From assembly GCA_963691875.1 (NCBI GenBank), contig OY829846.1:3040001-3104000 (forward strand): DNA of 64,000 bases, given 5' to 3'. Of this stretch, positions 18,836-28,036 are shown piece after piece. The translations under genes were made by a program, and so were the position numbers. The notes beneath the pieces were generated by a model that did not search any database, was not told the origin of the DNA, and saw nothing but the letters and a program-made list of their open reading frames with translations. Source of the stretch: Aureliella sp. GTDB lineage: Bacteria > Planctomycetota > Planctomycetia > Pirellulales > Pirellulaceae. Position 1 is the first letter of the stretch, and each line of letters opens with the position of its first letter.

Positions 18836-19559
18836 CGTCATTTTGCGTGATCTCGGAGGCAACCTGCAGAGCCGATGGACCGACTTCATGACAACAGACG
18901 GCGAAAAACCAGATCGTGATACGGAATTTCTGGATTGGGATGGCGATCGCAACTCGCTGATTCAACACGTTAACTCCGGCTGAGGCGCACTTGCGAATGG
19001 ATTTAGCGTCTTGGCAAGCAGGTAGTGGGGATTTCACTCAGCCCCTACAGAAGCGGTTGACTATGGGATATTTGATGGAGTCCTCTTGCTCTGTGTCGAG
19101 TGTGATCCCTCTGGGGCTGTAGCCAGGGAACCACTGCTTTACGAGTGCAGTCGAGTGCTTTTCACTTACGAAATGGACTACGATAAATCGGGATGGTGAA
19201 CGGTATCGAACTGGCAGTCTATTGCTGCTTTTCGTTCGGACATGAAAGAACCTCCCCAGTCCTGATAGGCCCCCTCCGCAAGCAGAGGGTGACTAAGAGT
19301 GGGCGTAGCTTGAAGAAGAGAACCGACGACCAGATCTTGCACGAGCAGAGGGTGTTGTTTGAAAAAGGCTCAGAAAAACACTCCCGATTTGAACTTCTTG
19401 TGAAACGTGGTCAACATCGCCGAGATACCTTCGGGGCCTCTGTTTCGTCACGCTTGGACAAGCGGCAAGAGGGGTAAATTTTGCACTTCGCGAATTCCAA
19501 CCCACCTGATAAAAATAGAATGACCTAGAGATTTTGTCTTCAGCGAGATTTTAGCCAGC

Positions 19560-20087
19560 ATGCCGACACGTCGACGAGCCCGTGAGATTGTTCTTCAGCT
19601 ACTTTACGAAGACGATTTGAACCCAGAACAGGATACCGCGGTCGCAAAACAGTTCCTCGCCGATCGGCTGCACAATAACCGAGTTCTAATCGCCTTCGCT
19701 CGCGAACTTTGGGAAAGCGTAATTAAGAATCGCTCGGAAATCGATAAGGCGCTTTCTGCCAAAGCACAGAATTGGTCATTGCGTCGGATGGCTGCGATCG
19801 ACCGCAACGTCCTGCGTCTCGGCGCGTTCGAAATTCTCCACACCGATACGCCTGGTCGTGTCGTGATCAATGAAGCTGTTGAGCTGGCGAAACGCTATGG
19901 AAACCAGCAGTCTGGGCAGTTTGTCAATGGGATCCTCGACCGCATCCTGCATGATGACGATTCGCCCGGGGAGGGCGAGTCAGAAGAGGAAGCGGCTCAA
20001 TTGCCAGATTCGGTTACTGAGTCCGATGGCGACTCAGGAAATTCTCTGAGTTCAGACGAGACTGTTGGGCAAGCTGGAACCTCCTAA
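19560..20087 (+). CDS. nusB: Transcription antitermination factor NusB
   Basis: RRRARE..LQLLY, NWSLRRMAAIDRNVLRL, INEAVELAKRYG...FVNGILD. Confidence 0.96.
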   Translation: MPTRRRAREIVLQLLYEDDLNPEQDTAVAKQFLADRLHNNRVLIAFARELWESVIKNRSEIDKALSAKAQNWSLRRMAAIDRNVLRLGAFEILHTDTPGRVVINEAVELAKRYGNQQSGQFVNGILDRILHDDDSPGEGESEEEAAQLPDSVTESDGDSGNSLSSDETVGQAGTS

Positions 20088-20123
20088 GCTAGCCATTAGA
20101 ACAGCTACGGCAAGGATGTTGGC

Positions 20124-20978
20124 ATGGCGGAAACGGAACCTGATCCACCAGAACCGGGTGCAATGGAAGGCGAGCCTGCGCCGGAATCAGACGACGCCTC
20201 AAAGGAGGAAGAGGGTGCCGAACAGCTAGAGGAAGACCTCGACCTATTCGCACAGTTGCATGCTGCAGAAGATAGTGAAGGTTCCGATCTCGGTGAGGGA
20301 CTATCGCTCGAAGAGCTGAGTCAGTCCTATGCAAGTGCCATTTCGCAAGACGCCGAAGCTCAAGAAGAGCAGGAGCTGGATCCCCTCGAGAACCGGCAGC
20401 AGGAGCCCGCCGCAAACAGCTACTCTGAAGGTGAATCGGAATCAGAGGTCCCAACGAGCCCACGTTCCATCATTGAGTCCGTGCTCTTTGTCGGCCGGCC
20501 AGACTCAAGCCGAATCACCGCAGCGGAATTAGCAAAGCTGATGCGGGGCGTTTCCGAGGATGATGTCCGCAAGTCGATTCGCGAGCTGAACGATATCTAT
20601 GAGCAAAGTGAAAGAGCTATCTGTATTGCAGAGCATTCGGATGGGTATCAGTTTGGTTTGCGTGAAGACATGGAGTACGTGCGAGATGGCTTCTATGGGC
20701 CAACACGCGAAATCTCATTAAACCAAGATGCAATTGATTGTCTTGCGCTCGTGGCCTATCAGCCTGGAATTTCGCGGAACAAGATCGACGAGCAACGCAG
20801 CCAACCGAGTGGTGGCATTTTGAATCAGCTTGTCAGGCGATCGCTGATCGAAATACGTCGTGAAGTCGAGGGCAAGAAGAAAGTTGCGCGTTACTTTCCG
20901 ACGCAGAAACTCATTGACTTGACTGGCATGGATTCGCTGGAAGATCTGCCGCAGGTTGAAGACCTGGACGCTGAGTAG
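20124..20978 (+). CDS. scpB: SMC-Scp complex subunit ScpB with acidic N-terminal extension
   Basis: IIESVLFVG, LALVAYQPGISR..ID..R, LEDLP. Confidence 0.88.
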   Translation: MAETEPDPPEPGAMEGEPAPESDDASKEEEGAEQLEEDLDLFAQLHAAEDSEGSDLGEGLSLEELSQSYASAISQDAEAQEEQELDPLENRQQEPAANSYSEGESESEVPTSPRSIIESVLFVGRPDSSRITAAELAKLMRGVSEDDVRKSIRELNDIYEQSERAICIAEHSDGYQFGLREDMEYVRDGFYGPTREISLNQDAIDCLALVAYQPGISRNKIDEQRSQPSGGILNQLVRRSLIEIRREVEGKKKVARYFPTQKLIDLTGMDSLEDLPQVEDLDAE

Positions 20979-20999
20979 CCTCATGCAGGCCTAGCAAGC

Positions 21000-21482
21000 C
21001 TACTCATCGTCCGAGGACTCCTCTTGACTTGCTGGTCTCCTGGGCGCTTTGCTTTCCTGCTCAGCCTCCGTCGATAGATTCTCGTCGGCAGCCGGTTCAT
21101 CCTCAGCTGGCTCGAGCTTTTGCAATAACTTTCGAACCTCATTGCAGAGCTCGGTAATTCTAGGATCCTCATCCGTCTCCGCCTCCTCTAAAGCGGGCAG
21201 TAGTATGTCAAGGAACTCTTCCGGAGGCAGTTCCACGCTTGGTTCCTGGAAGAATTCCCGTAGGTCTTCAATCACTTCAATTCGTTGCTCCGCATTCCCT
21301 TCCCGGGGCACGCTTTCAATCTGAACAACGCCGCTCATGCTAGAGGCTAGAGCGGCAACTGCAGTGGCTGCAGTTACAGGAGCGGTCATGGCCAGCCGAT
21401 TGACAACAAAGCCGCCTACGCCCGCCGAACTAATCAACAATACAGCTACGAGAACGCAGCTGGCGAACACAATTTGGCCCAA
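21000..21482 (-). CDS. Hypothetical membrane-anchored protein
   Basis: N-terminal TM and acidic tail. Confidence 0.55.
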   Translation of the reverse strand: MGQIVFASCVLVAVLLISSAGVGGFVVNRLAMTAPVTAATAVAALASSMSGVVQIESVPREGNAEQRIEVIEDLREFFQEPSVELPPEEFLDILLPALEEAETDEDPRITELCNEVRKLLQKLEPAEDEPAADENLSTEAEQESKAPRRPASQEESSDDE

Positions 21483-21641
21483 TAATTTTCCCTGACTTTC
21501 AGCCAGAAGGGACCGTCAACAGCCTTTCGCGACAGTCACCAGACCGCAGGCAGTTTTAGACTATTCCCTTTGGCCGAAAATCTCTGAGGATATTCTGGCA
21601 TCGGTGGGGCGGGGCCGAGCGAAGTACTACTGGCTTCGCTT

Positions 21642-22142
21642 CTACAGATACAACTGCCCGTAAAGCAGGCGAGCGCTATAGAGAACAACCAAACCTACGA
21701 TAGCGACCCCAGCAATCAGGACAAACTGAGCGTAGCGCATGTTCTTGCGAGCAATCACCTGGGCGAGAATGCAAATGAAAGCAACCGAGGCGAGTTTGAA
21801 GTACAGCATGCCTTGGAATCCACCTAGGTCGTAAAAATAATTTGCGACAGGATTCGCCTCGATTCCTCCATTCTGTAAAAGGAGGTAGGTCATATAGAAA
21901 TCGAGCACATTGGCTAGAATGAAAAAAGAAGTCTCATTTTGAAGTGGAAGTTCTCGTCGGAAAGCCGAATCAAATAGATCTTTCAACAGCAACCTTACAC
22001 GCTGTTCTATCGGTAGCTTACGACGTTCCTCGGGGCTCAGCTGGGCAGGCTTGTAGAACTGCTCCTCATCTGCCCGCGTAGAGGCGGGGTCGGACGCTGT
22101 TGAATAAGGGCGTTCGTCGGGTGGCGGTGAGTTGGCATTCAT
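21642..22142 (-). CDS. DUF5658-like membrane protein
   Basis: NVLDFYMTY..EANP..K motif. Confidence 0.78.
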   Translation of the reverse strand: MNANSPPPDERPYSTASDPASTRADEEQFYKPAQLSPEERRKLPIEQRVRLLLKDLFDSAFRRELPLQNETSFFILANVLDFYMTYLLLQNGGIEANPVANYFYDLGGFQGMLYFKLASVAFICILAQVIARKNMRYAQFVLIAGVAIVGLVVLYSARLLYGQLYL

Positions 22143-22244
22143 ACAGCTATCATAGCGGGTTGTTGGCTGGCGGAAAGTTTGCGAAGACGTGTTTCAGCAA
22201 ACCGTCGGGCGGTGCCGCGTTGGCTGGCGAGACCAGTGGCTCTG

Positions 22245-23177
22245 CTATCCGACAACTGCGACAAGGATTACTGCACCAGTCAGTAAACTTGCTCCGATAA
22301 AACGCAACAGCAGGATACCCGGTGGCAACTCCGCCTCAGCGCCACCCCAACGCTTGGCGACTGCCCAAGCCAGTACCACTCCCCACATTCCTCGCATCGT
22401 GTAGACCACGTTTACGCGGGCTGCATCACCAAAATTAGCCAAAGTGAAGACAATGCAGTTAGCTTGGAGCGCAACCAGCAGAGCCCCAACAATCAATGCC
22501 CAGCGAGCGTTCTCCCGCCGCCAACCTGATTTCTGACACCAAGGTAAAAAGCCGAGAGACATCACTCCGGCAATCCAGAACGAGATAGGCAGCAATCGAC
22601 CTGGGCCCCATGCTGGAGCACAGGACTGCACCACCACGTCGAAAGTACCAAAGAAAACGGCGGCTAAGAGTGCGAGGACAATGGAGAGCAACATCTTTGA
22701 CGACGGTGAATTCTCCTCACTGGTACCAGGGGAATCTTGACCTGTGTGTACAGCGACAGGAGTCCACTGGACCAAGATGATCCCGACTCCAGCCAAGGAG
22801 ACTGCGATCCAGACTGCGAGCGACAACTCGGCTCCGGAAAACAGCCAGAGCCCAAGCGCCACCACGATGACCTTTACACCAAAAACTGGTGTTGCGACCG
22901 ATACATCTCCATGCTCGACTGCAGCAAAGGTAAAGATCTGTCCAAGCAAATAGAGTAGGGCTACCAGAGCAGGTTGCCACATCGCCTCGAGTCCTGGGAT
23001 TGTACCGCCCAGTGGCCACATCAGGCTGAAGAGCAAGGCCACCCACATATTTGCAGTGAAGGTTACCGTCCAGGGGCCGGTGCCTTTGGCCGATGCTCGC
23101 TTGACACATAGCAAACCGCAAACAAACAGAAAGCTTGCCAGCAGTGGGAGTAGGAGATGGAAGGGATAGTCAGGCAC
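22245..23177 (-). CDS. DMT/EamA family transporter
   Basis: About 10 TM; GDVSVATPV motif. Confidence 0.85.
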   Translation of the reverse strand: MPDYPFHLLLPLLASFLFVCGLLCVKRASAKGTGPWTVTFTANMWVALLFSLMWPLGGTIPGLEAMWQPALVALLYLLGQIFTFAAVEHGDVSVATPVFGVKVIVVALGLWLFSGAELSLAVWIAVSLAGVGIILVQWTPVAVHTGQDSPGTSEENSPSSKMLLSIVLALLAAVFFGTFDVVVQSCAPAWGPGRLLPISFWIAGVMSLGFLPWCQKSGWRRENARWALIVGALLVALQANCIVFTLANFGDAARVNVVYTMRGMWGVVLAWAVAKRWGGAEAELPPGILLLRFIGASLLTGAVILVAVVG

Positions 23178-23303
23178 GTCACGATCTTAAGAGTGCGGGA
23201 CAATTCTACTGGTTTGCGACGTGTCATTGCGGTTTCCCCCGATGCCGCGCCGTGCCTTCAAGAACTCGTCCGCTCGAATTGCATCCTTGCAGGGATTCGC
23301 TTG

Positions 23304-24191
23304 TTACCAAGGGCGAGAAGTAATGACGCCTTTCTCTGGACTACTTGCTGTGGCGTAAAGTCGTTTGGGAATTCGCCCTGACAAATAGGCCTCGCGTCCA
23401 GCAATAGCTGCATGCTTCATCGCCACCGACATGCGAATTGGATCCCGGGCGTGAGCAATTGCCGAGTTCAAAAGAACTCCGTCAGCACCCAGCTCAAAGG
23501 CAACAGATACATCTGACGCAGTTCCGACGCCTGCATCGATGATCACCGGATAGTCTGGATCGTCTTCTTTGAGGTACTCGAGGATGATCTGCAAGTTGTT
23601 CGGATTCAGGATTCCTTGTCCGCTACCAATCGGACTGCCGGCTGGCATTACGCTTGCCGCTCCCGCTTCCTTGAGTCGCCGCGCGACGATCGGGTCATCG
23701 CCGGTGTAGCAAAGGACGTCGAAACCGTCGTCGACTAAGGTCTTGCATGCCTCAATCGTGGCCACTGGATCTGGCAGCAAAGTCTTGCTGTCGCCAAGCA
23801 CTTCGAGCTTGACCCAGTTGGCCCCAGGGTTTTCCAGGGCTCGGAGAATCTCCCTGCCAAGCTTGGCGACTCGTACAGCGTCCGTCGCACTGTAGCATCC
23901 AGCTGTGTTGGGCAGCAGCAAATACTTGCTCGGATCAATGTAGTCGAGCACATTTTGCCCGCTTCGGTCGTACATGCGTTCGCGACGCACTGCGACAGTG
24001 ACGGCATTGGAGCCCGAGGCGGCAAGCGAATCTCGCATCAGCTCCAACGTGTCGTACTTTCCGGTGCCAACGATGAGTCGACTACTCAACGTGTGCCCTC
24101 CGACCGTGAGCCCCTTGTGGGCTTGGGGCATCTGCTTCCGCTGATTCTCAGTTGCTCGCTGCGCTTCGTCGATGTTTGGTGTTAAAGCCAT
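23304..24191 (-). CDS. thiG: Thiazole synthase
   Basis: [39 protein letters not shown]. Confidence 0.97.
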   Translation of the reverse strand: MALTPNIDEAQRATENQRKQMPQAHKGLTVGGHTLSSRLIVGTGKYDTLELMRDSLAASGSNAVTVAVRRERMYDRSGQNVLDYIDPSKYLLLPNTAGCYSATDAVRVAKLGREILRALENPGANWVKLEVLGDSKTLLPDPVATIEACKTLVDDGFDVLCYTGDDPIVARRLKEAGAASVMPAGSPIGSGQGILNPNNLQIILEYLKEDDPDYPVIIDAGVGTASDVSVAFELGADGVLLNSAIAHARDPIRMSVAMKHAAIAGREAYLSGRIPKRLYATASSPEKGVITSRPW

Positions 24192-24194
24192 GGT

Positions 24195-24407
24195 TCACCC
24201 TCCGCCGACCAAAGTTACCGCCTCGATGATATCGCCAGCCGAAATCTGATGCACGGCATGTTCTTCGTGCGGCACAATCTCCTGATTGATTTCCACCGCT
24301 ACAAGCTTGCTCCGAATTTCCGCTTGATGGAGCAACTCTGTCACTGTGGTGCCGGCTAGGACATCCAGTGTCTGACCGTTGAACTGAATGGTGATCGATT
24401 CCGACAT
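24195..24407 (-). CDS. thiS: Sulfur carrier protein ThiS
   Basis: VAVEIN..IV...GD.IE.VTLVGGG; adjacent to thiG. Confidence 0.95.
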   Translation of the reverse strand: MSESITIQFNGQTLDVLAGTTVTELLHQAEIRSKLVAVEINQEIVPHEEHAVHQISAGDIIEAVTLVGGG

Positions 24408-24486
24408 GCTGCGCACCGGAAGAGAGATGGAACAGTCGCGAAGTGCAAATTTAGCAAATCACGACCGTCAAAATACTTGCGACGAA

Positions 24487-25484
24487 TCAGTTTTCGTCAA
24501 ATGCGGCGTCAAAGGCAACGTTGCTGGGGCTGAAGTCCAAACGCTTCGTGAAAGCACAAGCCTCAGCAGCGCCAAATTCACGCTCCATGCCGCTGTCTTC
24601 CCACTCGATACTCAACGGTCCAGTGTAGTTGACAAAGTTCAACGCGCGAATGATTTCTTCAAAATTGACGCCGCCGCGACCTGGGCTGCGGAAGTCCCAA
24701 CCACGTCGAGCGTCGCCAAAATTCAAGTGACTGCTCAGGATGCCGCTTTTGCCATTAAGCGTCTGAATCGCATCCTTGATGTGCACGTGGTAAATTCGGT
24801 CAGGGAATGCTCGAATAAATTCTACAGGGTCGACGCCTTGCCAGATCAAGTGGCTGGGGTCGAAGTTGAATCCAAACTCTTCGCGATGCCCGAGCGCCTC
24901 AAGAGCCCGCTCGGCAGTGTAGATATCGAAGGCAATCTCGGTTGGATGCACTTCCAAAGCGAACTTCACCCCGCACTCGCCGAAGACGTCCAAAATCGGA
25001 TTGAATCGCTCCGCAAATAGTTGAAGCCATCTTCAATCATGCTTTCCGGGGTCGGAGGGAAAGAGTAGAGCAGGTGCCAAATGGATGAACCGGTAAAGCC
25101 ATTCACGACTTCAACACCAAACTTCTGAGCGGCACGAGCCGTCTGCTTCAACTCTTCTGCCGCTCGCTCATTCACTCCAGCAGGATCACCGTCGCCCCAG
25201 ACGTAATCAGGCAAAATAGATTGGTGGCGCGCGTCGATGTTGTCCAAAACGGCTTGGCCAACGAGATGCGCGCTGATCGCGTGGCACTGAAGATTGTTAG
25301 ACTCAAGCACCGCGCGTTTCTGTGAGCAGTAATCGTCTTCGGATAGAGCTTTGTCGACTTCGAAGTGATCGCCCCAGCAGGCAAGTTCGATTCCGTCGTA
25401 GCCAAATTGACCGGTGAGCTTGGCCATTTGCTCAATGGGAAGATCAGCCCACTGACCAGTGAATAAGGTTACAGGTCGAGCCAT
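24487..25484 (-). CDS. Sugar phosphate isomerase/epimerase (xylose-isomerase-like TIM barrel); 1-nt frameshift near 25021
   Basis: [16 protein letters not shown].. joins ..[25 protein letters not shown]; one extra A restores [16 protein letters not shown]. Confidence 0.88.
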
Positions 25485-25829
25485 TGGAACCTCCATAAGG
25501 GCAAAATAATGGCCGAATTACGGCCTTGGACTTAAAAGTGCATTAGGATTCAAGATTGATAGATTACAGGTTTTTACAGGCTTTGACGAGGGGCGGAGCG
25601 TCAATCCAGCTGATCAATCCACCCAACTGGCGGCAAAGTCACCGCAATTTGCCCCAGGATGATCAAAATAGCCTCAGTTGAGAGTGCCCGAGCTGCATGC
25701 GATTGCTTCACGAGCGGTTGAGCAGTGCTGGCAACTAAACTCTCCTTGTGGCGAAATAATTGCAATTTGTCCGTAACCTCATTGGAAGACATGGTAAAGA
25801 AAGCACAAGGTTTTTTGGGAAGGAATGAA

Positions 25830-26354
25830 GTGAGCCAAGCAGAGAATTCGGAAGGATTCGTCCGCCAGTTAACTGAGAATCAAACGCGGCTCTACGGCTA
25901 CGTCTTTTCGTTGCTTGGCGACCACGCTCGAGCAGCAGATGTCGTCCAAGAAACAAACCTTGTTCTTTGGCGAAAGATCGACGAATTCCAACCTGAAAAG
26001 CCATTCTTGCCTTGGGCCTACGCAATTGCTCGCTTCCAAGTCCTAGCACATCTGCGAGACAAAAGCCGCGATCGCTTGCTATTGGACGAAGAACTGGCAG
26101 AGGTAATGAGCAGTGAGGCAGAGCGAAAGGCGGACGAGTTTGAGAGCCTGCGTTTCGCATTGAGGCCCTGCTTAGAGCTGTTGACCGATACAAATCGCCG
26201 GTTGATTCAGCTGCGTTACCTTCGCGAGTTACCCATTGCTGAGGTGGCCGCGCAGGTGGGACGGAGCGTCGGAGCGATCAAAATCGCGTTGCTTCGTGTC
26301 CGTCGCCAGCTAGCGGAGTGTGCTCAGAAGCGTTTGGCGGGGGTCCAGCGATGA
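25830..26354 (+). CDS. ECF sigma-70 factor (planctomycete type)
   Basis: ADVVQETNLVLWRK..F..WAYAIARF; region 4 HTH. Confidence 0.92.
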   Translation: MSQAENSEGFVRQLTENQTRLYGYVFSLLGDHARAADVVQETNLVLWRKIDEFQPEKPFLPWAYAIARFQVLAHLRDKSRDRLLLDEELAEVMSSEAERKADEFESLRFALRPCLELLTDTNRRLIQLRYLRELPIAEVAAQVGRSVGAIKIALLRVRRQLAECAQKRLAGVQR

Positions 26355-28036
26355 GCGAACACCTGGAAGAGCTTGAGACACTCCTGTTTGACTGGGAAGC
26401 TGGCGAATTAGACGATTTAGGTGTTGCCCGAGTACGTGAGTTGCTTCGTGGTTCTGCGGCGGCACGTCAACACTACCTACGGCATCAATCCATAAGTGCA
26501 GCCCTGAAGTTGGATTCCGAATCCGGACTTGGCGGCTTGGCAGAGCCAATACAACTTGCTGCATCTGTACCAGAGACAGCTGTTCCTACCGCGAACGGAA
26601 ATCCGCACTCCCCATCACGTTGGAAGTCGAGCCACATCCTGGCAGCCGCAGCAGTGCTTTTAATCTGTGTAATGGCCGGGCGAATCCTACAGCTCGAGGC
26701 GTCGGGGAGGCAGACTGGCAAAAATAGCGCTGAGTCGCCAGGCGCAGCACGGAATCAGGCTCAGGAGCCAACCGCTGACGGCATCGCTTTGCTCACTCGG
26801 CTGGTTGACGTCGACTGGGCAGAAAACCAAATCGCTCTCGAAGAGGGCGATGCACTGTCGCCAGGCAAGTTGGCAATAGAATCTGGCTTTGCGCAAATCG
26901 AATTTTTTTGTGGCGCGACGGTAATCGTAGAGGGGCCAGCCGAATTGGAGCTGCGATCGCCGTTGCTGGCTCGAGTTCTAAGCGGGCGTATGCGAGCTCA
27001 GGTGCCTCCTGCTGCTCGCGGCTTTTCACTCGAAGTTGATGACCTAAAAGTCGTCGATCTTGGGACCGAGTTTGGACTCTCAGTTTCGGATGCAGGAGCT
27101 GACATCCAAGTATTCGATGGCGAAGTCGAGTTGCAGCAGGCTAGTGAAAGTCGCTTGCTGGAGGCAGGCAAGGCTCTGCGTCGGTCACAAGATGGAGCGT
27201 ACAATGAGGCCGAAGTAACGCCGGATCTTTTCCTAGACATTGCAGCGCTGGAATCACGTAAAGCCGATCAGAAAAACCAACGATACGAACTTTGGAAGAG
27301 CTGGTCTGAAAGACTTCGGGGCGATAGGCGATTGGTGACTTACTACGCTTTCGAAGCTGGTGATTGGCACCGCCGCTTACGCAGTAGTTTGCATCCAGAA
27401 AATCGTGAGTTAGACGGAGCCATCGTAGGGGCCCGCCCCGTTTCAGGCCGCTGGCCTGAAAAGCAGGCACTTGAATTCAGGCGTCCAGGTGATCGTGTCC
27501 GAGTCGATGTGCCTGGCGAATTCGGCTCACTAAGTTTTTCTTGCTGGGTTAAAATCGACAGCCTCGACCGCTGGTACAATTCCTTGTTCTTAACGGACCA
27601 ATACAACCAGGGCGAGCCGCACTGGCAAATTTTGGATACTGGCCAGTTGTTTTTCTCGGTTCGACACAAAGCTGACGAGTTGAGCGGTAAGGCAGTGAAG
27701 AAGAAGGCACATCAGCCGATTCTGTCTCCGCCGTTTTGGGAGCCTTCGCTCAGCGGTAGGTGGCTACACATTGCGACGACCTACGATGCTGGTTCCGGCA
27801 AGGTCGTGCACTATCTCAACGGTGCGGTCCTGCATGAGGAAGTCATTCCAGACGAGCTGCGAGTCGATCGCACTCGCATTGGTGCCGCTTCAATCGGCAA
27901 CTGGTCTAGGCCAACCAGGACGGAAGCTAAGTTTGCAATACGGAACCTAAATGGAAGCATCGATGAGTTTGCAATTTTCTCGGCTGTGCTCAGTACGGAA
28001 GAGATTCAGGAGATTTATAACAATGGCAAACCTTAG
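26351..28036 (+). CDS. FecR-domain anti-sigma-like protein with LamG/concanavalin C-terminal domain
   Basis: GATVIVEGPA, VVDLGTEFG, VFDGEV; W.HIA.TYD, G.IDEFAIF; ATGA overlap with the sigma gene. Confidence 0.88.
   Translation: MSEHLEELETLLFDWEAGELDDLGVARVRELLRGSAAARQHYLRHQSISAALKLDSESGLGGLAEPIQLAASVPETAVPTANGNPHSPSRWKSSHILAAAAVLLICVMAGRILQLEASGRQTGKNSAESPGAARNQAQEPTADGIALLTRLVDVDWAENQIALEEGDALSPGKLAIESGFAQIEFFCGATVIVEGPAELELRSPLLARVLSGRMRAQVPPAARGFSLEVDDLKVVDLGTEFGLSVSDAGADIQVFDGEVELQQASESRLLEAGKALRRSQDGAYNEAEVTPDLFLDIAALESRKADQKNQRYELWKSWSERLRGDRRLVTYYAFEAGDWHRRLRSSLHPENRELDGAIVGARPVSGRWPEKQALEFRRPGDRVRVDVPGEFGSLSFSCWVKIDSLDRWYNSLFLTDQYNQGEPHWQILDTGQLFFSVRHKADELSGKAVKKKAHQPILSPPFWEPSLSGRWLHIATTYDAGSGKVVHYLNGAVLHEEVIPDELRVDRTRIGAASIGNWSRPTRTEAKFAIRNLNGSIDEFAIFSAVLSTEEIQEIYNNGKP

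Noticed and set aside
18780..18868. Terminal attC (ATACAAC..TTGCCTCCGA...TCGGAGGCAA)
   Set aside because: A 10-bp inverted repeat is present but there is no R' GTT; at most a remnant, used only to mark the approximate array end
18870..19559. ncRNA or gene between the array and nusB
   Set aside because: No tRNA or Rfam-like motif recognised, and the short ORFs lack supporting features
24408..24486. TPP riboswitch upstream of thiS-thiG
   Set aside because: Only about 80 bp are available and no conserved TPP motifs are seen
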